Shown in pieces: positions 36,552 to 49,239 of a DNA stretch of 64,000 nt (the first letter of the stretch is position 1; each line of letters starts with the position of its first letter). The stretch lies in contig NC_083240.1 of assembly GCF_032191835.1 (NCBI RefSeq), forward strand, positions 43,834,001-43,898,000, in the 5' to 3' direction. The notes under the pieces were generated by a model. That model did no database searches. It saw only the letters and a list, made by a program, of their open reading frames with translations, and had not been told where the DNA came from. Source of the stretch: Heteronotia binoei (Eukaryota). A program made the translations under genes and the position numbers.

Positions 36552-36744
36552 GTGAGCAAACGGGCACCTCTTTCCCCTTTGTGGCTTTCTCTGCTGCTTG
36601 AGGCTCTCTGTTTGGGAAGTAATTCTGGATGGGTAGCTTTGTTAGCTTATTGCAGGAAAAAAAAATGCAACTCTAGTGATGACATCATTTCAAGCTGAAT
36701 TTAATGTCATTATTAGATTTATATCCTGCCCTATCCTGCAAGTG

Positions 36745-36849
36745 AACATAAGAACATAAGAGAAGCCATGTTGGATTAGGCCAATGGCCCATCCAGTCCA
36801 ACACTCTGTGTCACACAGTGGCCAAAAAATGTTTATATTTGTGTGTGTG

Positions 36850-36884
<35 letters not shown>

Positions 36885-37507
36885 TGTGGCTAATAGCCAC
36901 TGATGGACCTCTGCTCCATATTTTTATCTAAACCCCTCTTGAAGGTGGCCATGCTTGTGGCTGCCACCACCTCCTGTGGCAGTGAATTCCACATGTTAAT
37001 CACCCTTTGGGTGAAGAAGTACTTCCTTTTATCTGTTTTAACCTGTCTGCTCAGCAATTTCATCGAATGCCCACAAGTTCTTGTATTGTGAGAAAGGGAG
37101 AAAAGTACCTCTTTCTCTACTTTCTCCATTCCATGCATTATCTTGTAAACCTCTATCATGTCACCCTGCAGTCGATGTTTCTCCAAGCTAAAGAGTCCCA
37201 AGCGTTTCAACCTTTCTTCATAGGGAAAGTGTTCCAGCCCTTTAATCATTCTAGTTGCCCTTTTCTGGACTTTCTCCAATGCTATAATATCCTTTTTGAG
37301 GTGCGGCGACCAGAACTGCACACAGTACTCCAAATGAGACCGCACCATCGATTTATACAGGGGCATTATGATACTGGCTGATTTGTTTTCAATTCCCTTC
37401 CTAATAATTCCCAGCATGGCGTTGGCCTTTTTTATTGCAAACGCACACTGTCTTGACATTTTCAGTGAGTTATCTACCACAACCCCAAGATCTCTCTCTT
37501 GGTCAGT
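36745..37507 (-). mobile_element. CR1 LINE 3' part, same young subfamily as 27003, opposite orientation
   Basis: 196-aa minus ORF 36890-37480 (VDNSLKMSRQC...KANAMLGII...QFWSPHLKKD); (CA)n at the same position in the 3'UTR; aacataag tail repeats. Confidence 0.93.
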
Positions 37508-37930
37508 GGTCTCAGGGCGGCTTACAACAATAAAACGACAGAGTTTAAAATAATATAAAAACAGGCATTACAAAACAGGAGCAGCACAGTAAACAATCTT
37601 ACAGACATAGGCAGTAAACAACACGCGGCTGATGGCTAACAGCATAGCATAACACCATAATGGTGAAATTCTGGGGGAAGTGATGACTTTTAAGGGCACC
37701 CACTGTCTTAATTAAAATCCTGACGCAAGAGCTCCGTCTTACAGGCCCTACGAAACCTTGATAAGTCCCGCAGGGCCCGGATCTCCAGTGGGATCTCATT
37801 CCACCAGGTAGGGGCCCGAACTGAAAAGGCCCTGGCCCTCGAAGCCAGCCAGGCATCCTCAGGACCAGGGACTATGAGGAGATGTTGAGCAGCAGACCTT
37901 AGAGCCCGGTGGGGGGGGCGGGTCATATGG
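37508..37930 (-). mobile_element. L2 3' fragment
   Basis: RALRSAAQHLLIVPGP...RAFSVRAPTWWNEIPLEIRALRDLSRFRRACKTEL. Confidence 0.85.
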
Positions 37931-38534
37931 GAAGAATTATTTTATAATTTTAATGTTTTTTAATTGTTCTATTGTTTTACATGTGCCACTTCGAGGATCC
38001 TGATTGGGTGGGAAGGTGGCAAAAAAAATGCTTTAAATAAATCTGGGGGGGGGAGGGATTCTCTGACATCAGGTATGTGCCCTAAAAGAGCCAGTGTACC
38101 TCTGAACTCACAAAGCTGCCTTAAACTGATTCAGATCCTCAGTCCATCAAAGTCAGTGTTGTCTACTCAGGCCGGCACTGGCTCTCCAGGGTCTCGGGCT
38201 TTCCTATCGCCTGTGACTGGTCATTTTAGCTGGAGATGGTGGGATTGAACAGGGGAGCTTCTGCGTGCAAAGTAGATGCTCTGCCACTAAGCCACAGCCC
38301 CTCCTCTGCTGTATATCTCCATTCATGGAAGCAGAGCTATTCAAAGGAGGACTTTGGAAACGGCTTGGGCCAGCGTCTGAAGCAGTTTGAGTCCACGTAG
38401 CTGTAGTTGCTGCAACAGTGTGTGAAGGGGGCTGATGGGAACCCCTTGGCAGGGTGGTAGCAGAGCATTTGGAATGCTGCTTTGGTGGACCGTGTGCTCT
38501 GCAATCAGAGGAGCTGTTTTGCTTGTGTTAGTTA

Positions 38535-39010
38535 AGTTTAGTTTATTTGTAATTTGTATCCAGCCCTTCCCACCAGGTGGCTCAGGGTGGCTTACAGAAT
38601 ATAAAATCTAACATTAGAATATAAAAATTTAAACATTTCACACAGTTTACATAGTTAAAAATTTAAACATTTCACACAGTTTACATAGTTAAAACATTAA
38701 AAACATACAACAATCTTATAAAAACTACACTCAGTTTCAAGTTTCAAGTGCCGGTTAGTTGTAAGCCAGCCGGAAGAGGAGTGTCTTACAGGCCCTGTGG
38801 AATTGAGCGAGATCCCGCAGGGCCCTTACCTCTTCCGGCAGCTGGTTCCACCAGGAAGGGGCCATTACGGAGAAGGCCCTATCCCTAGTAGATTTCAAAC
38901 AGGCTTCCTTTGGCCCGGGGACAACAAGGAGATTTTGAGTTCCTGATCTCAGTACTCTCTGGGGAACATGTGGGGAGAGACGGTCCCTCAGGTAGGCAGG
39001 TCCTAGGCCT
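38535..39010 (-). mobile_element. L2 3' fragment (subfamily of the 1378 element)
   Basis: Reverse complement closely resembles 2400-2660; tail holds a ~33-bp direct duplication (aaaatttaaacatttcacacagtttacatagtt x2). Confidence 0.85.
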
Positions 39011-39600
39011 GTTACTGGGCTGTGTGTCTGTGTCTGGCTGAACTGGAGTGTTCTGTCCCAGGACGATGCTGTGGTAATTGGGAGTGCACTAAGAGGGGGT
39101 CAGGCTTTCAGTTTAGACGTTCCCTGAGCTTGGGCTGGGTTCTTTACCTCACTCCATAAACTGTTGCTGAAAGTCCCGCACCCTGACGAGCACAAGTGAA
39201 ACTTGTGTTTAGTTGCCACTTAAGTGCTTCATTATGAGTAAACTCACACATTGTGCTGTTCCATTTAGAGCTAATGCAGGCTTGGGAATTGCACTCTTTG
39301 TAAGTCTCGTGTGCGTCTCCAGCCTGCGGTTTCTGTTTTTAAAAGGCAGATTCTAAACAGGAAAAGCGAGTTAATTGAGTTAAGGCTTTCCCTTTTTAAA
39401 ACAACATTTTAACACATTTGATGAGTTGTAAATGGTACTTCAGTGCCATAGTTTCCTGTCTAGGAGACTTCTGGAAGTTCCAGGGCCGTTGTGGGGTCTC
39501 CCTCTGTTTTTACCTCCATGCCAGAAGTCAGCACATCTTCTGTGCTCCCAACCGCAGCCTTACCCAATTTCTATTCTTTCGGCCGCTTTTTAAAAAACAG

Positions 39601-39804
39601 GTTTTGCACCGACTGCAAAAACAAAGTGCTGCGAGCGTACACCATTCTGATAGGCGAGCTGGACTGCAGCAAAGAGAAGGGCTACTGCGCCGCGCTGTAC
39701 GAAGGGCTGCGCTGCTGTCCCCACGAGCGTCACATCCACGTGTGCTGCGAGACGGACTTCATTGCGCACCTCCTTGGCCGAGCTGAACCCGAGTTCGCAG
39801 GAGG
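39601..39804 (+). CDS. GGNBP2: GGNBP2 exon 7: (R)FCTDCKNKVLRAYTILIGELDCSKEKGYCAALYEGLRCCPHERHIHVCCETDFIAHLLGRAEPEFAG(G); alternative end 39810
   Basis: 204 nt, aacAG / gg|GTatga; second donor GTatgt at 39811. Confidence 0.96.
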
Positions 39805-40113
39805 GTATGAGTATGTAATTTGCTAGAGTGGGCTATCTAGCGCTTTGCTTTCTTTCTCAAATTACCGAATGTATATTTCAACTGCAATGTATATACATGT
39901 GTGCATCTTTCCTAACCTTGCAGCTGCATTATAAAACCCCTGCCCCTGGGTTGGGGATGGACACGCCTTGGTTACAGATGTGCATCTGAGTCATCCACAT
40001 TTCATGGCCTGAATTGTGTTTGTGGCTTGCAAGTAATACTGGAGGAATTTTGTTTAAGGAGGGTTGCATAGAGACTAGCGGAATGGAGAGCCATTGTGAA
40101 GTAGTGCTTAGAG

Positions 40114-40683
40114 CAGGGGTGTCGAACTCATTTGTTAAGAGGGACGGATTTGACATAAATGAGACCTTGTCGGGCCAGGCCATAAGTGTACCTATTTAAA
40201 ACTAGGTAGCAGAGATATAAACTTCATAAAGGACGCTGACAAACACAACTAAAGTTTTTTTTTTAAATTAAAACATGCTTAAAACCAGATTCCAGGATCC
40301 TTTATTGGCATAACACATGCTTAAAACATTGGCACTCCGTCTTAAAAGGCACTGGGCAAAGGAAGCTCCGGCTCTTTCCTTCCAGGAGGGGGAGGAGCCT
40401 CAGCCAATAGATGGAAGAGAGGCTTGGCTGAGCGGCTGTGAGGTGCGATTGAGAGCCCGGCAAAGCAATCTCTGCCTCCCCCTCCCTTCCTCCCCAAGGG
40501 AGGAGCCTCAGCCAATGGAGAAAATAGAGGTTTTGCTCTGTAACTCCTGTGTGATTGAGCAAGTCTTACAAAGCAAGCTATTACACAGAAGGAAGCAAGA
40601 GAAAGGGAGAAGGAAGTAGATGACAGCCAGTTGCTTGGGGGCCTGATAGGAGTCCTCTGGGGACCTGCATTTTTGACACTCTG
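40114..40683. mobile_element. hAT MITE (family of 19007)
   Basis: caggggtgtcgaactc ... ttttgacactctg; internal sequence matches the 19007 element. Confidence 0.82.
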
Positions 40684-41957
40684 TTTAGGAGTTGGGGGTG
40701 CCTGGACCCAGGTATGAATCTGTTCTTCTGTGAAGCTCGCTGGCTGGCCTTGAGGTAGTCATAGGCTTTTGGCCCGATCTGTCTCATGGGGATCTTGTGC
40801 AGATCAAATCCATGTCTTCCTTATCCCCTTGAAAGAAGGGCAGAATAAAAATGGATGGAGAGGTGCACTGATAGGCTAGCAGACCATACTGGGTATAAAC
40901 ACAATCTTGAATAGAATTCCCCTGTTCAGCCCTCCTACATAACTTCTGGAAGCTGAACTTTCTGCTATCTCAAAAAAGGGTCTCTGTAATGAGACCCCGT
41001 TGTAAGTTTTTTAGAGTCCTAGGAGCAAGGGGCGTCCCCCTTCAGAACTCCTCCAGTGGCCTGTAAATTTAGGAGGAGGTATTTGTGAGTTTCCTGCATT
41101 GTGCAGGGGGTTGACTAGATGACCTTGGAGGTCCCTTCCAACTCTATGATTCTATGCCATGAAACCAGTATTCTGGCCTGAACCAACTTGCCTTTATTTC
41201 AGCAGCCTGCTTACGTTGATTTCTTCACTGGAGTAGATACCTGGGTGTTTCCTCCCCTATTTCAAGAAGATGAGTCCAATTGTGGCAAATTATCTAATTT
41301 GCACCCAGTCTTGTCATCCATACAACTCAGCTGTGGAAGAGTTTTTCTCTGTAGTTTGCACGGCTGCAGAATTTCCAACGATTCGGTCCTTGAGAGAGAT
41401 TTATTTCTTGCAGCACAATGAAGCATTAGGAGTCTGGCATCAGATCTTTTGCCAGCAGACCAGAGAAATTCTTTGACTTAATGATTTTATTTAAAATAAA
41501 GCGTTACTTTGTATTAGGCAAGAACTTGGTAAGTATGAGCAGAAGTTAATTAATTCTGCAAATACCAAAAGCACCACCACAGCCACATTCAATAAAAATC
41601 AAGTCCCCTAATGTAGCTCAAACTTAGCTGTATAAGATGAAGGCAGATAAAGTACCAAGCTGACTGGCAGAATGCTTTGTCAAATGCTGAAACCCACAGT
41701 GGCTCACCTAGACAAGATCTTCTCTGACCAAAGTCCCAAGCAGAAGGTTTAATTAGCCCCTTGCATGATACTTTTTGTAAAGAAGGTGACAGGAACAGAA
41801 ATCTTTCTGACTCTAACATGTGATTGTCCTCTGAATAAAGCAATCGGTCCCTAAAGAGGCTATGAAGATAAGCAATAGATGGACTAAGCTACTTGGTAAC
41901 TCCCATTAAATTCTTAAAGCAAGGCTGTATGGCTAAAATTGGCCCTAGTTCTCATAG

Positions 41958-42365
41958 ATTTATTTTTATTTATTTTATTTTATTTGATTTTGTTCATGCC
42001 CTTCCCATAGAACAGGCTCAAGGCAGGTTACATCATAAAAACAATGAACAATAAAAGGACAATTTAAAATATATAAAAACTAAAATTACAGAGTAACAAT
42101 AGGTACTAAAATGGCCTATTGTTCAGGTCCAGCAAGTCATATAGCACTGGGATGGAATGAAGGTGGGAGACCGGTAACAAGTGACGCCCACTGCGTCAGC
42201 TGAAAGCCTGGTGAAAGAGCTCTGTTTTACAGGCCCTGCAGAAGTGAAGCAGATCCCGCAGGGCCCAGATATCCAGGGGGAGCTCATTCCACCAGGCAGG
42301 GGCCAGGGCCGAAAAGACCCTGGCCCTTGTCAAGGCCAGATGGATGTCTCTGGGACCGGGTGTCA
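41958..42365 (-). mobile_element. L2 3' fragment
   Basis: RARVFSALAPAWWNELPLDIWALRDLLHFCRACKTELFHQAFS; (TTTA)n tail. Confidence 0.82.
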
Positions 42366-44728
42366 CCATTATTATTTCTTTGGAACCAAGTTTAGAGGTA
42401 GGCCTGTACTTTTCCTGACCAGCTGTTGAACCTTTCAGAGGTGACATAGACTAACACACATTAAAATCATGAATATGTGACACAGTTGCAGGCATTATTT
42501 CCTCTGGCTCTGCATTTCAGTCTTTCCCCTCCTATTTTCTTCTATGGTTGCTTGTGACCGGGGTGAACAGGAAGGTATAAGAATATTTTGCACAGGTTTT
42601 TTTTGGGGGGGGGGGGATGCCTGTGTCCTAGCAAGAGTAGCTTTCTTGCAAATTCAGACTTGCATGCACCCCCTCCATGGTAATTCCAAAAAAAGAATTG
42701 TAAGGTGGCCTTGCATTTTTATCTGCAAAGAAATGCCCAAACACTTAACGTGTTGTTTGGGCGCTCAGATTTGAAAAATCAAAACTCTTTGGAAGTTTGT
42801 GTAAAACCTAAGTTTGCCAAAAGCCGTGGGAAGGCATGGGGGCAGTTTGCTTTGGTGATGGCGTAACGGTTGTGGTTTGAAGGACCTCTAGCCTAAACGC
42901 AGCACGGCCTCTGTGCTGTCACTGGCAGTGCTTTGCAGATGTGCTCCTGGGCCCTGTCTCTTCTTGCTTGTCAAATGCATGGCTTCAGTGTGGGACTTAA
43001 AATACTCAAACTGCAGTCTTTTGTGTGTAGCTGTTACGGTGAGATGAAAGGCTACAGCACGTGGTCCCTATCCGCAGTTTCTCGCTTCCCCTCTGTGGCA
43101 TTATTCAGCCGCCAAGAGTTCTCTGTGCTTCAAAATCAGTTTGCCCTGGAGTGCAGGGAAAGGCGAGCCTGCTGTGGAAGAAATGTTGACTCCCCTCAGC
43201 CATGTGATATTAGTTATGTGGATTTCTGGATCCTGGCCTATGTTAAAGAAAAGCGGGGAGGGGGGCACGTGTAGCGTGCCAGTTTTCGTTAGAATCGTGA
43301 GAAAACCATCTTCTCTTAATTTGCAAACAATGCTCGTGGTCCTAGAGGAGAACTTGAAAATGTAGTGGTGAATATTTTTTAGAGCTAGAAACAAACTTTA
43401 GAATGCCTCACGTTTCTTAACTCTTTGGGTGCTGTCATCACAATAAACTCTGCTTTAAAAGCCATTATATGATCCCCCCCCAAAAAAAAATATCTATCTG
43501 ACATACCAGCCTTTGTTGGTCGGCAGCTAAGCGAGATTTCAAGTTAGAGCTTAGCCTGGTGTGACCACCCCATCCACTTCTCTCCCTCAGAGGCTTTCCC
43601 TCCGTTTTCCTTTCCTCTCCATTTTGTCCCCACAACTCTGTGAGGAAGGTTAGATGGAGAAATTGTCCACTTCTCTCCCTCAGAGGCAAGACTTTCCCTC
43701 CGTTTCCCTTTCCCTTTACTGACTAAGCTGCCTGAATAATATGTCCTCTTTTTTCCCACCCGGCCACAGTATGATATTTTGGCTGTTGGGTCACTCCAGT
43801 AACCTGAGGGAAAGATCAGGAGCCCGCTTTAACTTAAACCACTTAAATAGCACTCGAAGCGTTTGAAATTCAAAAATAACCAAACTGTTTTATTCAACAT
43901 AGAGGGGAAAGGTCAGGTGAAATCAGGTGCTGAAGTTTCTAAAAACCAGTACATGAACAGACGTTAGTTTCTATGTTTCAGGTTAACAAGAGTTTCTTAA
44001 GCTTTTCACAGTGTGTTAAAGCTTTATGTAGAGAGGCTTTTGTTCCAGTGTTTTCCCCAAACGCTCCAGTACACTTTCCTTGAGTATTCTCTGCCTCTTT
44101 TGGTTTCCAGAAGGCTGGTGCGCTCTTTCTGGTACCCAAACCCCTGTCCCTCAAAGCCCTCAGTGTCTTTGAAGAATCAACCCTTCACAGTCTTTCAGCT
44201 GTTCTTACAGTACTTCTGCGCTTCTTAAAAAGTGAAATCTCTCACACCTGGTTACCATAATTTGTATTAATGTGCCTCCTTGTGACATCTGAACGCACAA
44301 GCCACAGTTAAGTAGCATCTATCTGCCCAGTGGCTTGGCTGTGAGCGGGGACAGGAGACAGGGAACCCAGGGCTGGCACCCAGGCTAGCAGTCCCTGCTT
44401 CCACCTGGTATACTCACCAGAGTTTGTTGCATTGTCACAAAGATGAGGACCCCCCCCCACCCAAAGGATTAACAAGGGTGAGTTCTTTCCCCCACCCCAC
44501 CCCCAATTTTAATGGTGAGATTTCTCCCAGACCACACTATGCAAATGAGAGTAGCATCATGGCTCAACAGCAGTGGAGCTTGAGGGGTGGCCCCCTTCCA
44601 AGCTGGGCCAGGCCCTCCTCTGGCTTCCAAAGCAGGCTTGAGATGTGGAAGGACAGCCTGCCCCGAGGCGGACCATCCACCATCTCCTTTGCCCCTCGCA
44701 ACCACCAGCCATGGCTTTGTCTGTCTAG

Positions 44729-44903
44729 GCGAAGGGAGAGGCATGCCAAGACCATCGACATCGCCCAAGAAGAGGTCCTCACCTGCCTGGGCATCCACCT
44801 GTACGAAAGGCTGCACCGCATCTGGCAGAAGCTCCGGGCGGAGGAGCAGACGTGGCAGATGCTCTTCTACCTTGGCGTCGATGCGTTACGGAAAAGCTTT
44901 GAG
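44729..44903 (+). CDS. GGNBP2: GGNBP2 exon 8: RRERHAKTIDIAQEEVLTCLGIHLYERLHRIWQKLRAEEQTWQMLFYLGVDALRKSFE
   Basis: 175 nt, gtctAG / gag|GTaagg. Confidence 0.96.
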
Positions 44904-45673
44904 GTAAGGAAAACACGAGTCTGCATTTGACGCTCACTGCTGCTGCTGCAAGAGTAGGGCTGATCACAAAATCCTAAACGGGTAGATTGCTCAGTGGAGT
45001 CCCAGTCTCCTCTCACCTCCCCATCCTGCTGTTTTTCAGATCAGGGGCAGCCTGCAATGGGGGCTTGCTTCGGAGTGTCTCCCTAATTTTTGCAATTAGT
45101 GGTTATGAAGACTGTGAATACTGGGGAATTGCCCCCCAAGTCTTATGGATGTGCATGAGTGTTGGGGAACTCGGGGAAGCACACCCATGTACTGCAATGA
45201 AGGAAGTAAAAGAAGCAGGGGGGAAAACTACTTTGAAAATTAATCTTTAAATGCTTGCGGGGGGGAAGGACTTAAAGCGTTTTTATGTGTGAGGGGCTTA
45301 CAGGTGTTTTTATTTTTTCCCCTATTACAGTGCATTGGATGCAATTTTCCTGGAATTCCTGATTCTCAGTGTAACAAGAGAATTTGAAAAAGGGAGAAAA
45401 ATTCACATGAAATGGGAAGGAGAACCATGTTTTAATGGCATACAGGCAGAATCTGGGGCTCAAAGCTGGAGAAACCACTGGGGAGCACAGTGCAGGGGCT
45501 GGAGGTGGGAGGAGTCTTGGTTGGGTCACTCCTTGTGCTGAGTGCCCTTTTGTCCACAAACTGTCAGCAACAGGAAATGAAGGGGAGTTTAATGAGGGTT
45601 ATGAAGCATGTCTGGCTTCTAAATTCATTTTCCTGTAATAAACAGATGCTTCTTGGGCTGCGGTACAATTTAT

Positions 45674-46056
45674 NNNNNNNNNNNNNNNNNNNNNNNNNNN
45701 NNNNNNNNNNNNNNNNNNNNNNNNNNNNNNNNNNNNNNNNNNNNNNNNNNNNNNNNNNNNNNNNNNNNNNNNNNNNNNNNNNNNNNNNNNNNNNNNNNNN
45801 NNNNNNNNNNNNNNNNNNNNNNNNNNNNNNNNNNNNNNNNNNNNNNNNNNNNNNNNNNNNNNNNNNNNNNNNNNNNNNNNNNNNNNNNNNNNNNNNNNNN
45901 NNNNNNNNNNNNNNNNNNNNNNNNNNNNNNNNNNNNNNNNNNNNNNNNNNNNNNNNNNNNNNNNNNNNNNNNNNNNNNNNNNNNNNNNNNNNNNNNNNNN
46001 NNNNNNNNNNNNNNNNNNNNNNNNNNNNNNNNNNNNNNNNNNNNNNNNNNNNNNNN
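45674..46056. other. Assembly gap (383 N) in GGNBP2 intron 8
   Basis: Run of N, followed by an L2-like minus fragment (~46057-46390). Confidence 0.98.
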
Positions 46057-46847
46057 TCTCTGCTGAGGCAGGCTCGGAGTGGCTTACAGGAGCCAAACTG
46101 GCATAGTTCACCATAAAACAGTAAAAACATCATAGAGTATTATTTGTGCAATGGCGAGACTGAGCAATCCATATACGGATACGAGATCCAGCCCATACTA
46201 GATGGAAAGCTGAAGGCCAGGCTTCTCGGCTCATGGTGCAGCAAACGCAGGTGGCTTGTTGGATTGGCAGGTGACGCTTAGTCAAAGGCCTGGTGGAAGA
46301 GCTGCATCTAGCGAGCCCTGCGGGATTGTTGTGGAAGATCCCACAGGTTTTCAGGGAGTTTGCCAAGGGGATGAGAGCTTGGCCTGAGAGTATTGTACTG
46401 AGATTAAACTTTTCTTTTAAAAAGGGGGGAGGGGAGACAAACTTCTGCATGCTTCAAAACATCTTGCAAATCATGCCACTGCAAGGCTGTCTTGGAATTT
46501 GGTCTCAAGCTTTGCACTTTGAGAATCTGTTTTCATGCTGCTTAAGAACTGCATCCAAAGTACCATGTTTTTTTTTAGTCTGGTGTGTTAGGGCAGCAGA
46601 ATCTGCCACATCCCAGAAATATTCAAGGAAACCCTGGGGCATTCTGTGAAAACTGCAGCCCTAGTGGTAGCGGAGTGCAAACTTTCAGAATGTAACTGAA
46701 GCAGAAATCCATGTGCAAGCCAGGAGAGACTGGCATGTTGGGAGGAGGATGCAGCTCTGTCACTCATCCAACTTTGTGGGGTAAAGCCACGAAAGTGCGG
46801 GATCTTTATCGTAAGACCTGACTCAGTGGGGTGTTTCACCCTTGCAG

Positions 46848-47042
46848 ATGGCTGTGGAGGAAGTGCAGGGCATCAGCCGGCTGGAGCAGCTCTTTGAAGA
46901 GTTCTCCGAAGAGGAGAGAGTGCGGGAGCTCAAGCAGGAGAAGAAGCGCCAGAAGCGCAAGAACCGAAGGAAAAACAAGTGTGCCTGTGAGATCCCAGCT
47001 CCTTTGCAAGCCCCGGAGGAGAAGGACATCAGCCAGGAGAAG
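46848..47042 (+). CDS. GGNBP2: GGNBP2 exon 9: MAVEEVQGISRLEQLFEEFSEEERVRELKQEKKRQKRKNRRKNKCACE...SQEK
   Basis: 195 nt, ttgcAG / aag|GTagcc; basic NLS-like stretch. Confidence 0.95.
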
Positions 47043-48956
47043 GTAGCCCCCTCCCCCTTTCTTGGCTTTGGGGTTTAGTCATCTTTGCATAGGGATGTCA
47101 TACTAAAGGTGGCAGTCAGTGCCGGCCCTAGGGTGCATGGTGCCCCAGGCAGGCTCCCTGCCCGACGCCCCTCCAGTCCTCCCTCCGCATTGCCACGCTC
47201 CGTCACTCGCCCGCCCCCCTCTGGCGGTGAGCTTCAGGGGGTGGAGCATGGTAGAAGGGAAGGGAGGTGGCTGGCAGTGGCGCGAGCTTGGGAGGTGGGA
47301 AGCAGGTGGAGCACGGTGGAAGGGAAGGAAGGGGGCTGGCGGTGGCTGGAAGCAGCGGCGGGGGGGAGGCAAACTAGGTGGTTGTCTTGGGCACCGGGAG
47401 GGGGAAGGGAAGCCCAATTTGGTACGCCCCTTCCTGGTGCCCTAGGCAACTGCCTAGTTTGCCTAGTGGGCGAGCCGGCCCTGGTGTCAGTTTCTCCAAG
47501 GCTCTGAAATAATTGGTAATGGGTTGTTGTCTTCTGAGTATCGGAAGAGTGAAGTCCGAACAGGCAGATTGAGCTTGAATGTGATGCCTACTTAGTTGCC
47601 AACAGATGTATCTTTCATGGACTTGTCTACTCCTTTGTAAAAAGCCACCTGAGCTAGTGACGGTCTCTGCATTTGCTTATGGAATTCACTGCCTGACATA
47701 AATGCCACCAGTTGACGGTCTTCAGGAATTCTTGCTCTTGAGCTCAGTGGCTCCCCCTAGGGGGTTCTGTCTGTTAGATGCCTCCCTGACTTGACCTTCT
47801 GTTTGCGGCCTAAGGACAGTTTTATTGTTCGTGACTTGGGGCGGCTCATAGAGGTGCACCTTACAAGCGACCTTCTCCAGCAGCTCCTGTTTGTTTGAGC
47901 TTTTGAGCCAAATGGGTTACCAACCATCAGGGGAGAAGTGTGGTCGTTGAAAGACTGTGGAGAAAGATGCCTCTTCAGAAATGAGATGTGGTGGAGTCAA
48001 ACCATCTGGGCAAGATGGGAGCCCCTACACAGAAGCTGAGACCTGCTGCGTGAGAGAGATGCGACTGGCCAATGGGGCACTATAGCAACAAGGAGTTAGT
48101 ATTCTTTAGCTGAATCAGGGAATCATGCTAGGTTGTCAGCTGCGGGGACTGGTGTGTCGTGGTTAGACTGTCGGCCTGCCTTGAAGAGACTGGGCTTCAG
48201 ATACCCCATATCATGAAGTTCACTGGATGACCTTTGTCTTAGAATAAGAGTGTGTGTTTGTGCGTGAAGTAGAGAATGGGAGGAGCCTGAGCTCCAGGGA
48301 GAATGCAGGCAGCATAGAAATGCCACCTGTCACTTGGTTCTTGTCAGGAGGGGGGCAACTGCTGACTGGATCTGAGTTGGCTTGAGAGCTTGCGTCAAAA
48401 GCGGCTGCCTTCTTAGGGTAGATTTGCCACTTAGAGTGGAAACTGCCAAGAAGGTCCCCTGTGCATGCACTGTTGAAATGTTGGGGAGTTGTGGGGCTGT
48501 ACAATGTAAGGTAGGAGCCCCCCCCCCCCTTTGGGCAATTGCAGGCTTTTTGTTTTTTGCAGAGTGCCACCACAGCTTGACAGGCTCCCAAGGCAGGCAT
48601 CCTCTTTTGCTGGTGCATTTCTGAGACCCCAAGGTGAGGCTTCCTGAGTTCTCCTACAGCTCCTCCTGCAAGAAGTGGACGAAAGCCAGGATGGGGTTTT
48701 TGCTTTGGGACAAAGATGCTTTGGAGAATAAGGCAATGGGCGACTTGAAACGCATCATATTTACTGTGTGCCCAGGGGAACCCTGTTGGGGATCACAAAT
48801 CATTGTGCTGTTTCTGCCTGTGCCTTTAACATATACGGGCTAAATGAAACGGGGGAGTTAGAGATGTATGGCTTTCCAGTGCCAAAGCCTATCGGCTTAG
48901 GAAGCATCCTTTACAATTTGGAAGCCCCATTTATCAAACTGATGTTTCATCAGCAG

Positions 48957-49117
48957 CAGGGGTGGAATTCTAGCAGGAGCTCCTTTGCATATTAGGCCAC
49001 ACCCCCCTGATGTAGCCAATCCTCCAAGAGCTTACAAGGCTCTTTTCTGTAAGCTCTTGGAGGATTGGCCACACCTGGGGTGTGTGGCCTAATACTCCTG
49101 CTAGAATTCCACCCCTG
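48957..49117. mobile_element. Palindromic hAT-type MITE
   Basis: TIR caggggtggaattctagcaggag / ctcctgctagaattccacccctg; TSD atcagcag/atcatcag. Confidence 0.88.
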
Positions 49118-49239
49118 ATCATCAGTCAGGGAATCCTTTGAGCAACATTTTAATCTGACCCCCTAAGTTAAGAAGCTTGCATGTTGTGCCCTCTCTTTGG
49201 CTCCCCCTTGACTCTACTCTCTTGCTTCTCTCCTTGCAG

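Noticed and set aside
42700-43400. Repeat-poor stretch of intron 7 as conserved element or cryptic exon
   Set aside because: Cannot be supported without alignment; no convincing acceptor-donor pair found.
25033-46133. ORFs running through the N gaps (25033-25814, 45490-46133)
   Set aside because: Length inflated by X residues from assembly gaps.
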